The notes under the pieces were generated by a model. The model did no database searches, was not told the DNA's origin, and saw only the letters and a list, made by a program, of their open reading frames with translations. Shown piece by piece: positions 9,373 through 18,335 of a DNA stretch of 64,000 nucleotides. The position numbers and the translations under genes were made by a program. The stretch comes from Bifidobacteriaceae bacterium. Its GTDB lineage: Bacteria > Actinomycetota > Actinomycetes > Actinomycetales > WQXJ01. The stretch is from contig JAISSX010000018.1 of NCBI GenBank assembly GCA_031272885.1, positions 47,185 through 111,184 of the forward strand, given 5' to 3'. Positions within the stretch are counted from its first letter, which is position 1. The number at the start of each line of letters is the position of its first letter.

Positions 9373-9544
9373 GCCACCATCCTAAGCAGAATGCCGTGTT
9401 CCGCGGCGGCTACATGCCAGGCCAGAAGCGGAGGGCCATTCCAACTCCGACTCTGGAACTACCGAAAGTCTCTCCGCTTGGTTGACCTGGCCGCTGCCTG
9501 ACCGCCTGGACCGGTGTCAGTTCTTACAGGCGGGGTCGCCCGCG

Positions 9545-9912
9545 CAGCGGACGAGCCCGCCTGTAAGCCGGGTTCTGTCGAGGGCGGCCATCCCTCTAGG
9601 GCCCACGTTGCCGTGGGTCTCAAGCGGCCTACCCGGAAGCTCGGGCGAGCAGCCCTCGGGCGCTTCCTGCATGGCCTTGCTCCGGGTGGGGTTTGCCTAG
9701 CCGCCCGTGTCACCACGGGCGCTGGTGGTCTCTTACACCGCCGTTTCACCCTTACCCGCCACCGCGAAGAACGGCGGCGGGCGGTTTGCTTTCTGTGGCA
9801 CTGTCCCGCGGGTCACCCCGGGTGGGTGTTACCCACCACCCTGCTCTGTGGAGCCCGGACTTTCCTCGGTGGGGGCTAACCCCCAACGCGGCCGCCCGGC
9901 GAGCTCGTCCGG
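9545..9912 (-). ncRNA. rnpB: RNase P RNA (bacterial type A)
   Basis: The minus strand contains the universally conserved GAGGAAAGUCCGGGCUCCA (complement of 9848-9868) and ACAGAACCCGGCUUAC near the 3' end. P1 pairing is CGGACGAGCUCGCC.../...GGGCUCGUCCG. Ends are approximate to +/-5 nt. Confidence 0.9.
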
Positions 9913-9914
9913 CT

Positions 9915-10445
9915 TCAGCTTACCCGGCGCGCCATGCGCCGTTGGGCCAGTTCATCGACGGGCGCGGACACGTCACCGGGGCCTTCGGACCGTTCGGACG
10001 GCAGCTGCGACAGCGTGCCTTCGACCTCGCGCCACACCCGGGAGACGGCAATCCCGAACACGCCCTGCCCGCCCTGCACCAGGTCGAACACCTCATCGGC
10101 TGACGTGCACTCATAGACCGACGCGCCATCGGACATCAGCGTCACCATGGCGAGGTCTTCTACCCCGCGCGACCGCAGGTGCCCCACGGCGGTGCGGATC
10201 TGCTGCAGGGAAACGCCGGTGTCAAGCAGTCGCTTGACGATCTTCAAGGTCAGGATGTCGCGGAAGTTGTAGAGGCGCTGGGTGCCGGACCCGGTGGCCG
10301 GCCGGACGGACGGTTCGACCAGGCCGGTGCGGGCCCAATAGTCGAGTTGGCGGTAGGTGATGCCGGCGGCCCGGCAGGCCGTGGGGCCGCGGAAGCCGAT
10401 GGCTTCGTCGGTCAGTCTTCCCCCGAACAGCATTCCCTGTTCCAT
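9915..10445 (-). CDS. MerR-family transcriptional regulator
   Basis: MerR-type HTH: FRGPTACRAAGITYRQLDYWARTGLVEPS...RLYNFRDILTLKIVKRLLDTGVSLQQIR. Position matches the second MerR gene of the conserved actinobacterial garA cluster. Confidence 0.85.
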   Translation of the reverse strand: MEQGMLFGGRLTDEAIGFRGPTACRAAGITYRQLDYWARTGLVEPSVRPATGSGTQRLYNFRDILTLKIVKRLLDTGVSLQQIRTAVGHLRSRGVEDLAMVTLMSDGASVYECTSADEVFDLVQGGQGVFGIAVSRVWREVEGTLSQLPSERSEGPGDVSAPVDELAQRRMARRVS

Positions 10446-10489
10446 TGCTCCGCCTTCGTCTAGGGCCTCATACGCCTGGGGCTACGGGT

Positions 10490-10521
10490 TTGACGCTAGA
10501 AGCCTGTGCCTCTACCGTCAA
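10490..10521 (-). promoter_or_regulatory. Candidate promoter/operator dyad upstream of the MerR gene
   Basis: On the minus strand: TTGACG, a 17-nt spacer, TAGCGT, about 45 nt upstream of the start codon. The -35 element is one arm of the dyad TTGACG-N20-CGTCAA. Confidence 0.3.
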
Positions 10522-10619
10522 CGCGCCACGCCGAAAAAACACCCCCAAAATGCCCGGCGTGTCTTACCCTCCAGTTGAACTTGAGACTTGCGGCCCAATT
10601 CACAACCTCACCAGCACCT

Positions 10620-11309
10620 CTACAAGTCACGTTCGGCCAGAGCCAACCGCACCACGGCAGCGTTCAAGGCCGCCATGGCCGCGGCGCATTCCGCCGCCCG
10701 CGTAGCCGCCCGCTCACGCCCGGCCGAACCATGGCCGCGAATCGCCTGGGCCGAAACCTCCACTAGATCGGCCTGACGCGCCGCCGCCTGGAAGACCGGC
10801 CGCAAATGCCGCAGTTCAAGGCCGTATTCCGCCAACTCCACCACGGCCTCGACCGCCTGGACCAAGGCGGCATCGGCCGCCCCGGTGGCCTCCAACGACA
10901 ACCCCGCCGCCCGCGCCACGGCCTCCACCACCGCCTGGTCCTGCCCGGTTACGGTGGCCACATCCTCAGGTTCAACTTGAGCCTGACGCACCGCCCGCGG
11001 CCCAGGCAGTGGCACCGGTGTCCCGGCCGCATCCAGCGCCGCCAGCTTGCCCCGAATCGCCTTCAACGGCATGTAGGTGTCACGCTGCAAAGTCAGGGCG
11101 TAACGCAGCCGGTCGATGTCCTCTTGCGTGTACCGCCGGAAACCCGAAGCGGTGCGGGCTGGCCGCAGCAAGCCCTGATCCTCCAGGTAGCGCAGCTTCG
11201 AGATGGTCAACGCCGGGAAATCGGCTTGGACGGCCTCAAGCACTTCTCCGATCGAATAGCTGGTTGGTTCCGGCGCGGCCCACCGCGCCTCTGCCGCCTG
11301 CGCCATCAC
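10620..11309 (-). CDS. MerR-family regulator, FtsR/Rv1828-like (ATG at 11306 is an alternative start)
   Basis: YSIGEVLEAVQADFPALTISKLRYLEDQGLLRPARTASGFRRYTQEDIDRLRYALTLQRDTYMPLKAIR. Lies immediately downstream of the FHA gene, with a stop/start overlap. Confidence 0.85.
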   Translation of the reverse strand: MMAQAAEARWAAPEPTSYSIGEVLEAVQADFPALTISKLRYLEDQGLLRPARTASGFRRYTQEDIDRLRYALTLQRDTYMPLKAIRGKLAALDAAGTPVPLPGPRAVRQAQVEPEDVATVTGQDQAVVEAVARAAGLSLEATGAADAALVQAVEAVVELAEYGLELRHLRPVFQAAARQADLVEVSAQAIRGHGSAGRERAATRAAECAAAMAALNAAVVRLALAERDL

Positions 11310-11764
11310 GCCGCCTGCGGCCGCACCGGCGAGGGATGGAACGTGAGGCGATACTTGCCGATCTGGACCTCGTCACCGGCCTGCAGCACGGCCTCCTCGA
11401 CCCGCTCGCGGTTCAGGTAGGTGCCGTTCAACGAGCCCAAATCCCGCACCAGGAAAGACCCGTCCTCCCGCACGAACAGGGCGTGTTTGCGCGACACCGT
11501 GACGTCATCCAAGAAGATGTCTGCCCTGGTGGAACGCCCGGCCGTGGTGGCAGATGAATCCAGCAGGAAACGCGACCCGGCGTTGGGACCGCGTTGCACC
11601 ACCAACAGGGCGGAGGTGGGCGGCAGGGCCTCGATGGCGGCCTGCGCCTGGGGGCTGAGCCCCTCGCCAGTGGTAGGGCCGTCCAGGTCGATTTCGACCA
11701 GGCCACCGATCACCTGTGTCGTTTCGCCGGCCGCTTGGCCAAAGGCTTCGTCGTCGATGCCCAC
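11306..11764 (-). CDS. FHA-domain protein, GarA/OdhI-like
   Basis: N-terminal ETTQV (compare the ETTS phospho-threonine motif of GarA/OdhI). C-terminal FHA domain: GRSTRADIFLDDVTVSRKHALF...VRDLGSLNGTYLNRERV. A GGGAGG ribosome-binding site precedes the GTG start. Confidence 0.9.
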   Translation of the reverse strand: MGIDDEAFGQAAGETTQVIGGLVEIDLDGPTTGEGLSPQAQAAIEALPPTSALLVVQRGPNAGSRFLLDSSATTAGRSTRADIFLDDVTVSRKHALFVREDGSFLVRDLGSLNGTYLNRERVEEAVLQAGDEVQIGKYRLTFHPSPVRPQAA

Positions 11765-11811
11765 GCGGTACCTCCCAACTAGCGCCTACCGATGCCCGAA
11801 GGCCTAAGCCA

Positions 11812-12540
11812 CTACTCTATCGCGGTGGCGTACTGCGGTTCAGCCACCGTCTTGACGACTGAGATGGTGATAGAGCCGCTGACCGTCACCTGCGAGTCAC
11901 CCCCCGCGGTGCGCACCGCCGCCAATGCCCCACCCGGGATGCCCAGCGCCCCCTGTAGTGTCTGGCTGTCGCCGATGGCGGCCCAATGGTACGGCGGCGT
12001 CAGCAGCACGCCATCGACCACCACCCCGCCGTCGCCGTCGGCAAACCAGGTGGCGGCGGTGACCCTCACGGAGCCGACCGAAATGGCCTCCGCTCCGGCG
12101 TTGCGTAACTCGTCTACCAGCAGATATAGCGTGGCCGCCGGCACCTGACCCGAAGGATCTTCGATCGTCACCAAGACGCCCGGGCCGGTGGCGGCCAGCG
12201 TGCCGGCCAGGATGCCCTGGACCTCGGCCCGCTGGGCGGCCGCCTGCTGGGCCGCCTCCTCTTGGGTCCGCTTGTCCGTCAACTGGGCTTTCTCTTCTTC
12301 TAGGGCCGCGTTTTCTGCCGTCAGTTGGTCGGCCCGGTTGGCCAACTGGTCCAGCACCTGCACCAGCTCGTCCTGGCGCAGCGTCGAGAAGTCGGCCTCT
12401 TGGGTGGACCGCACTTGGGTCGCCACGCCGAACCCAAGCAGCAGGCACAGCAGGCCCGTCACCGCCTGGGCCCGGCTGGCCCGTGGCGTCAGGCCGCGGC
12501 GCAGGCGGCGCCAAACGGCATCGGAGGTAGTGGCCGGCAT
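11812..12540 (-). CDS. DUF881-family membrane-anchored protein (cell-division cluster)
   Basis: N-terminal TM segment, a coiled-coil stretch (QLTAENAALEEEKAQL) and a conserved C-terminal domain (ELRNAGAEAISV...). Paralog of 12883-13839. Confidence 0.8.
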   Translation of the reverse strand: MPATTSDAVWRRLRRGLTPRASRAQAVTGLLCLLLGFGVATQVRSTQEADFSTLRQDELVQVLDQLANRADQLTAENAALEEEKAQLTDKRTQEEAAQQAAAQRAEVQGILAGTLAATGPGVLVTIEDPSGQVPAATLYLLVDELRNAGAEAISVGSVRVTAATWFADGDGGVVVDGVLLTPPYHWAAIGDSQTLQGALGIPGGALAAVRTAGGDSQVTVSGSITISVVKTVAEPQYATAIE

Positions 12541-12553
12541 TTAACTCACGCCC

Positions 12554-12886
12554 TCACGCCTTCAACAGCAAGCGCCGAATCTGCGCCGCGTTGGAGAAGA
12601 TCCGAATCCCCAGCACCACCACCACCGCCGTGCTGAGCTGGGAGCCGACGCCCAGTTGGTCACCGACGAAGACGATGAACGCCGCCACCAGCACGTTCGA
12701 AATGAACGAGGTGACGAACACCCTGTCGTCGAATATGCCTTCCAGCATGGCTCGCATCGCCCCTGCCAGGGCGTCGATGGCGGCCACCACCGCGATCGGC
12801 AGGTAGGGCGCCAGGAATTGCGGCACGTCAACATCGGTCACCAGGCCGATCAGCACGCCCGCCACCAAACCAATGACGGCTATCAC
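12554..12886 (-). CDS. Small integral membrane protein (DUF1290-like)
   Basis: 110 aa with 3-4 hydrophobic helices. Sandwiched between the two DUF881 genes, as in other actinobacteria. GTGA start/stop overlap with the upstream gene. Confidence 0.75.
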   Translation of the reverse strand: MIAVIGLVAGVLIGLVTDVDVPQFLAPYLPIAVVAAIDALAGAMRAMLEGIFDDRVFVTSFISNVLVAAFIVFVGDQLGVGSQLSTAVVVVLGIRIFSNAAQIRRLLLKA

Positions 12887-13839
12887 CCCGCCACCTCCTC
12901 TTCTCTTGCTGCCTCACCTGCCGCCGATGCCGCCCCGTCACCCGCCGATGCCGCCCCGTCACCCGCCGATGGCGTCCCCGCGGCTTGGGCGTAGTACAAC
13001 GCCGCCACCCCCGTGCCGGCGGCCAGTTCCAGCCCGTCTACCCGGCTGATGGAGACCTCTGCCCCCAAGTAGCCCTTGAGCAACGCGATCCGGTCACCCG
13101 CCCGGCCGTTAGCGAGACCCAATTCCATGGCCTCACCAGGCCCGATGGCCTCGATCACATAGGGCGAGGCGACGGGTTGCAGTTCCACCTGGATGACTTC
13201 GCCCACATCACGGATGGCCGTCACCGAGGTCAGCCGCACCCCGCCCACGGAGATCGCCTCCGCCCCGGCCTGCCACAGCGCCCCCACGATGACGCGCAGG
13301 TCACCGGCGTGCAGGCGTGATTCGTCGTTGGGTGCGCCCTGGCCCGGTTCGGTTTGAGCCTGTTCCAGGGTGACCCGCAGGCCGGGCCCGCTGACGGCCG
13401 CCGCCCCCGCGGCCGCCGCCAGGTTCTGCGCCGCCCGCGCCGCTGACGGGTCCGCCGCCAACGCCTCGCGCCGCAGGGCATCGACTTCGGCCGCCAGCGA
13501 CGCCTCGCTGGCGCTCAACGCCTGCACGCGGTCGTATTCCTTGACGGTGTTGGCCTCCAGCACCGCCCGGGCCTCGGCCTCGCCCTGGCCAGGGTTGCGC
13601 AGCGCCTCCACCCCCCAGGTCACGGCGAGCCCCAGCAGCACAGCGATCAGCAGCACCGGCACTAGGGTGTAGCGCAGGGGCGGCGCGGTGCCGACCCGCT
13701 TGCGTTCGGCCGCCTCGGCGTAGCCGGCGTCCAAGGGCCGTTTCATGACCTCGGTTAGCAGCGTCATCGACGCGTCAAGAGGCCGCCGGCCAGTTCCGGC
13801 GGAAGACGTTTCAGGCCTGGGGCTGCCCGGGGTGCTCAC
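12883..13839 (-). CDS. DUF881-family membrane-anchored protein (start uncertain; ATG at 13767 is an alternative)
   Basis: Conserved GDLRVIVGALWQAGAEAISVGGVRLT domain. The longest ORF (to 14004) would overlap pgsA. GTG at 13839 forms a GTGA overlap with the pgsA stop codon. Confidence 0.75.
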   Translation of the reverse strand: MSTPGSPRPETSSAGTGRRPLDASMTLLTEVMKRPLDAGYAEAAERKRVGTAPPLRYTLVPVLLIAVLLGLAVTWGVEALRNPGQGEAEARAVLEANTVKEYDRVQALSASEASLAAEVDALRREALAADPSAARAAQNLAAAAGAAAVSGPGLRVTLEQAQTEPGQGAPNDESRLHAGDLRVIVGALWQAGAEAISVGGVRLTSVTAIRDVGEVIQVELQPVASPYVIEAIGPGEAMELGLANGRAGDRIALLKGYLGAEVSISRVDGLELAAGTGVAALYYAQAAGTPSAGDGAASAGDGAASAAGEAAREEEVAG

Positions 13840-14462
13840 GGCTGCGGCCCGTCCAACCCGGCCCGCCCGGCCGCGGCCGCCAGGGCCAGCGCCCGCCGCG
13901 CCTCGATCAGGTAGGCGCCGCAGGCCACCCAGTACAACACCACACCCCAGATGGCGAAGGCCCAGCCGAAGGTCCAGGCGGTCCAGCCCACCCAGTTGCC
14001 CCATGAACCAAGCAGCAGCAGCGGGAAGGCATACATCAGGGCCAGGGTGGCGGCCTTGCCCACAAACACCACTTCAGGGGTGGAGATGCCGCGCGACTTC
14101 AACACCAGCAGCGTCACGCCCATGACGGCCTCGCGCACCACCAGCAGCACCACCAGCCACCATGGGATGGTGCCGCGCCACAGCAGCCCGAACACAGTCA
14201 CCAACAGGAACAGCCGGTCGGCCGTCGGGTCCAGCAGGCGGCCCCACTTGGAGTATTGGTGCAGCCGGCGGGCAGCGAAGCCGTCCAACCAGTCGGTGAT
14301 GCCGCTGAAGGCCAGCACCACAATGGCCCAGCCGTCGTGGTGCCGCACAATCAACAGCACGAACACCGGCACCAGGGCCAGGCGCAGCAGCGAAATGGCG
14401 TTGGGGACGGTCCACAACCGGTCGGCCCTGTCCAGGCCCTCCGCCTCTACCGCCTCTGCCAT
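13836..14462 (-). CDS. pgsA: CDP-alcohol phosphatidyltransferase (phosphatidylglycerophosphate synthase-like)
   Basis: D-G-x2-A-R-x8-G-x3-D-x3-D motif, seen as DWLDGFAARRLHQYSKWGRLLDPTADRL. Multi-TM protein of 208 aa. Confidence 0.85.
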   Translation of the reverse strand: MAEAVEAEGLDRADRLWTVPNAISLLRLALVPVFVLLIVRHHDGWAIVVLAFSGITDWLDGFAARRLHQYSKWGRLLDPTADRLFLLVTVFGLLWRGTIPWWLVVLLVVREAVMGVTLLVLKSRGISTPEVVFVGKAATLALMYAFPLLLLGSWGNWVGWTAWTFGWAFAIWGVVLYWVACGAYLIEARRALALAAAAGRAGLDGPQP

Positions 14463-14512
14463 GCCAACTACCTTAAGCGCACGGCGGCCCGAACCAGGCT
14501 AGGGTTCAAGCC

Positions 14513-15172
14513 GTGGCGCAATCTGCCGACCTTGGTTGGGGCTTCCTGGCGGCCCAGGTGGTCAGCGAACAGGTGATCAAGAAGTCACGCTTCATCACCC
14601 ACCTGTTCCCGCTGACCGACCCGGAGGCCGCCCGGGACGTCATCGGCACCGTGCGGAAGGAGCACTACCAGGCCCGCCACCACTGCAGCGCCCTGGTGGT
14701 GGGGCCCGATGGCGAGTGGCAGCGCTCGAACGACGACGGCGAGCCGGCGGGCACGGCCGGCGCCCCCATGCTGGAGGTGCTGCGCCGCCGCCAGGTGAGC
14801 GACATCTTGGCGGTGGTGACGCGCTACTTCGGCGGCACCCTCCTGGGGGCCGCCGGGCTGGTCAGGGCCTATTCCGGCGGGGTCAGCGCCGCCCTCGACC
14901 AGGCCCGCCTGGCCCACAAGGCTTGGCGCGACATCGTACAACTGGAGGTGCCGGCCCAGGAGGCTGGCAGGGCGGAACACTCACTGCGGACCTTCGCCGG
15001 CCGCACCCGCGGCGCGGAACTGGCCGCCGTCGCCTATGAGGGCCAACACGCCCGCTTTGAGCTGGGCTTGGACACCCCGGCGCGGGCCGCGCTGGACGCC
15101 TGGCTGGCGGCGGCGCCGTTCCCAGCGAGCCTCCAGGAGGACGGCCGGCGGCTGATTACGATTGACGGGTGA
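14513..15172 (+). CDS. IMPACT/YigZ-family (UPF0029) protein
   Basis: [11 protein letters not shown]...HHCSALVVG...[19 protein letters not shown]...[20 protein letters not shown] are hallmark YigZ motifs. Confidence 0.85.
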   Translation: MAQSADLGWGFLAAQVVSEQVIKKSRFITHLFPLTDPEAARDVIGTVRKEHYQARHHCSALVVGPDGEWQRSNDDGEPAGTAGAPMLEVLRRRQVSDILAVVTRYFGGTLLGAAGLVRAYSGGVSAALDQARLAHKAWRDIVQLEVPAQEAGRAEHSLRTFAGRTRGAELAAVAYEGQHARFELGLDTPARAALDAWLAAAPFPASLQEDGRRLITIDG

Positions 15173-15969
15173 CCACCCGCCCGGCCTATGAGGCCCTCCT
15201 TGAGAAAGTCCTGACGGAAGGCACCCACAAGGCTGACCGCACCGGCACGGGCACCACCTCGCTGTTCGCTCAGCAGATCCGCTTCGACCTGAACCAGGGC
15301 TTCCCGCTTGTGACCACCAAGGCGGTGCACGTCAAGTCGGTGGTGACGGAGTTGCTGTGGTTCCTGCAGGGCGGCCACAACGTCAAGTGGCTGCAGGAAC
15401 GCGGCGTGCGGATCTGGAACGAATGGGCGGCGCCCGATGGCGAGTTGGGCCCGGTTTACGGCGTCCAGTGGCGTTCGTGGCCGGCGCCCGATGGCGGCAC
15501 CATCGACCAGATTGCCACCGCCCTTGAGTTGCTGCGCACCCGGCCGGATTCGCGGCGCATCGTGGTTTCGGCCTGGAACGTGGGCTACCTCGCCGAAATG
15601 GCCCTGCCGCCCTGCCACATCCTGTTCCAGTTCTACGTGGCGGAAGGCCGCCTCAGTTGCCAGTTGTATCAGCGCAGCGCGGACATGTTCCTGGGCGTCC
15701 CGTTCAACATCGCCTCCTATTCGCTGCTGACCCACATGATGGCGCAGCAGGCGGACCTGGGCGTGGGCGAGTTCATCTGGACCGGGGGCGACTGCCACAT
15801 TTACGATAATCACGTGGACCAAGTCCGCGAACAGCTTTCCCGGGAGCCCCACCCGTACCCGCACCTCGAGTTGCACCGGGCGGCCTCCATTTTCGACTAC
15901 AGCTTGGAGGACGTGGTGTTCCCGGATTACCAACACCACCCGGCCATCAAGGCCCCGGTGGCCGTATGA
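15169..15969 (+). CDS. thyA: Thymidylate synthase (ThyA type)
   Basis: [19 protein letters not shown], the catalytic-Cys context [32 protein letters not shown]. Confidence 0.97.
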   Translation: MTTRPAYEALLEKVLTEGTHKADRTGTGTTSLFAQQIRFDLNQGFPLVTTKAVHVKSVVTELLWFLQGGHNVKWLQERGVRIWNEWAAPDGELGPVYGVQWRSWPAPDGGTIDQIATALELLRTRPDSRRIVVSAWNVGYLAEMALPPCHILFQFYVAEGRLSCQLYQRSADMFLGVPFNIASYSLLTHMMAQQADLGVGEFIWTGGDCHIYDNHVDQVREQLSREPHPYPHLELHRAASIFDYSLEDVVFPDYQHHPAIKAPVAV

Positions 15970-16478
15970 TCGCCCTGATTTGGGCCGAAGCCAACGGCGG
16001 CGTGATAGGCAACAACGGCGGCCAGCCGTTCATGGTGCCGGAAGACCTGGTGCGGTTCCGCCAGTTGACCACCGGCCACCCGGTCATCATGGGCCGCCAC
16101 ACCTGGCTGGCCCTGCCCGAATCGGCCCGGCCGCTGCCGGACCGCGTCAACATCGTCATGACCCGCCACGCCGGCTTCAAGGCCGATGGCGCCCACACGG
16201 TGTCCACGTTGGGGCAGGCGTTGGCGGCGGCGACCGATTCGCACCTACCGGGCCCATCATGGGTGATCGGCGGCGGGGCGATGTACCGGCTGTTCGAGCC
16301 GCTGGCCGGCCAGGCCAAGGTGACAGTGGTGGACCTGGATGTGGAGGGCGACACTTTGGCGCCCGAACTGGTGGCGCCGTGGCGGCGCGTCTCCTCCAAC
16401 CCGGAGGAAGGCTGGCACGTGTCCAAGAACGGCCTGCGTTACCGCTTCGACACCTGGCGGCGTGGCGGCAGTGACTGA
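15966..16478 (+). CDS. folA: Dihydrofolate reductase
   Basis: [51 protein letters not shown] overlap with thyA. Confidence 0.93.
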   Translation: MIALIWAEANGGVIGNNGGQPFMVPEDLVRFRQLTTGHPVIMGRHTWLALPESARPLPDRVNIVMTRHAGFKADGAHTVSTLGQALAAATDSHLPGPSWVIGGGAMYRLFEPLAGQAKVTVVDLDVEGDTLAPELVAPWRRVSSNPEEGWHVSKNGLRYRFDTWRRGGSD

Positions 16479-16505
16479 CCAGGTCAGGACACCTACCCTG
16501 GCGGT

Positions 16506-17090
16506 GTGAGGACTGCGGCTGTAGCAGAGGGCCGGTTTGCCGAGGCGTTGACATCGATCCGCCACGCCCAGGTCAATCAGGTTGTCCTGGAGGAGATTCC
16601 TGCGCCCTCCCGCGCCGCCAGTTTCGCCGTCGCCCTGGAGGCCCGGGTGCCGGGGCCCGATGGCGACGATGCCGCCTCGGGTTCCATCATCGTGTTGCAC
16701 GAACCGGGCGGGCATGTGGTGTGGGACGGCGATTTCCGCATCGTCACGGTGGCCAAGGCCCTGGTGGAGCCAGAGCTAGGGGCCGATCCGTTCTTGGCCC
16801 AAGTGGCCTGGTGTTGGCTGGCCGAATCCTTGGACACGGCCGGCCTGGTGGCCGGGCACCTGGCCGGCACCATCACCCGCACCCTGTCGGAGACGTTCGG
16901 CGAACTGAAGTCCCGCGGCGACCAGGTGGGGGTTGAGGCCCGGGCCTCTTGGACGCCTTCATCCCCTGACGTGGGCCCGCACCTGACGGCGTGGCTGGGC
17001 TTCCTGCTGCGGCTGGGCGGGGTGGAGCCGCTCCCAACCGGCGTGGTGTCGTTGGCCTCGCGCCGCGGAAAAGGACCTACGGCGGCGTAG
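16506..17090 (+). CDS. DUF3000-family conserved actinobacterial protein
   Basis: About 190 aa, acidic. Its position directly upstream of the HRDC/RNase D-like gene and convergent to dxs matches the conserved mycobacterial arrangement. GC3 is consistent with coding. Confidence 0.7.
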   Translation: MRTAAVAEGRFAEALTSIRHAQVNQVVLEEIPAPSRAASFAVALEARVPGPDGDDAASGSIIVLHEPGGHVVWDGDFRIVTVAKALVEPELGADPFLAQVAWCWLAESLDTAGLVAGHLAGTITRTLSETFGELKSRGDQVGVEARASWTPSSPDVGPHLTAWLGFLLRLGGVEPLPTGVVSLASRRGKGPTAA

Positions 17091-17102
17091 GCTGAGGTCG
17101 TT

Positions 17103-18323
17103 ATGTCTTTCCAGGCCTTCGACACCGAGACGGCCTCAGTTGTCCCCCTCGCGGCCCCGCCGGACGGCCTGACCCCGGTGGTTGACACACCTGAGGCACT
17201 GGCACGCGCCGTCGCGGCGCTGGCCGCCGGGCAGGGCCCGGTGGCGGCCGATTCGGAACGGGCCAGCGGTTTCCGCTACGGCTCGTATGCCCAATTGGTC
17301 CAGTTGTACCGCCGCGGCACCGGCCTGGTGTTGATCGACGCCGTGGCCCTGCCGCGGCTGGAAACGGTGGCAGCGGCTTTGTCCGGCGCCGAATGGGTCT
17401 TCCACGCCGCCTCCCAGGATCTGCCTTGCCTGCGCGAGGTGGGGCTGAACCCTTCCTTGATTTTCGATACCGAACTGGGCGCCCGCCTGCTCGGTTGGCC
17501 GCAGGTGGGCCTGGCCGGCGTGGTGGCCCGCACCCTTGGGATCGGCCTGGCGAAGCAGTTCTCGGCCCAGGATTGGTCCCGCCGGCCCTTGCCCGAGTCG
17601 TGGCTCAATTACGCCGCCCTTGACGTGGTGTTGCTGTTGGATGTGCGCGACGCCATCGAGGCGGCCCTCGAGGACGCCGGCAAGGCCGACATGGCCCGGG
17701 CCGAGTTCGCGGCCGTCCTGGCGGCCCCTCCCCCGGTGCCGCGGCCGGACCCGTGGCGGCGCACCAGCGGGCTGCACAATGTGCGCGACCAGCGCCAACT
17801 GGCGGTGGTGCGCGAACTGTGGGAGGCCCGGGACGCCTTGGCCCAGCGGATCGACCTGGCACCCGGCAAGGTGTTGCCCGATGCCGCCATCGTGGCCGCC
17901 GCTACCACCTCACCTGCCACCAAGGCGGACTTGGCCAAGATCCACCCGTTCGGCGCCAAGGGCCAGGCCAAGTGGCTGGACCGCTGGTGGGACGCCATCA
18001 ACCGGGCCCGTAACCTGCCTCGGTCCGAACTGCCCAGCAGCCGCGGGCCACGCCACCACACCATTGGCCCGGCGCGGAGCTGGGCCAACCGGCACCCGGA
18101 GGCGTACGCCCGCATGGAGATGGTCAAGGCGGCCACGGCGGCCCTGTCCGAAGAACGGGCCATCCCGGTGGAAAACCTGATGCAGCCCGAACTGCTGCGC
18201 CTGGTGGTGTTCGAGGCCCCGGCCGATGTGCCGGCGGCGATGCTCGCCGCCGGCGCCCGCCCCTGGCAGGTCGAGCTATTGGCCCCAGTGGTGGAGCAGG
18301 CCATCGCCGCCCACCCGGGCTAG
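17103..18323 (+). CDS. RNase D-like 3'-5' exonuclease with HRDC domain
   Basis: DEDD exonuclease motifs (VAADSERAS..., VFHAASQDLPCL, YAALDVVLL). HRDC-like region: RQLAVVRELWEARDALAQRIDLAPGKVLPDAAIV. Confidence 0.85.
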   Translation: MSFQAFDTETASVVPLAAPPDGLTPVVDTPEALARAVAALAAGQGPVAADSERASGFRYGSYAQLVQLYRRGTGLVLIDAVALPRLETVAAALSGAEWVFHAASQDLPCLREVGLNPSLIFDTELGARLLGWPQVGLAGVVARTLGIGLAKQFSAQDWSRRPLPESWLNYAALDVVLLLDVRDAIEAALEDAGKADMARAEFAAVLAAPPPVPRPDPWRRTSGLHNVRDQRQLAVVRELWEARDALAQRIDLAPGKVLPDAAIVAAATTSPATKADLAKIHPFGAKGQAKWLDRWWDAINRARNLPRSELPSSRGPRHHTIGPARSWANRHPEAYARMEMVKAATAALSEERAIPVENLMQPELLRLVVFEAPADVPAAMLAAGARPWQVELLAPVVEQAIAAHPG

Positions 18324-18335
18324 GCGACCGATCAT

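Noticed and set aside
9482-9879. Small plus-strand ORFs (72, 121, 136 and 176 aa) in the 9.5-10.2 kb region
   Set aside because: They overlap the RNase P RNA gene, which has conserved GAGGAAAGUCCGGGCUCC and ACAGAACCCGGCUUA motifs on the minus strand, and the MerR gene. Their composition is shadow-like.
10446-10619. HspR-type HAIR operator (CTTGAGT-N7-ACTCAAG) or a small gene between the two MerR genes
   Set aside because: Only a partial cttgagacttg is present, without the inverted partner. The ORFs here (73-86 aa) are shadow-like. I kept only the TTGACG-N20-CGTCAA dyad as a low-confidence promoter/operator.
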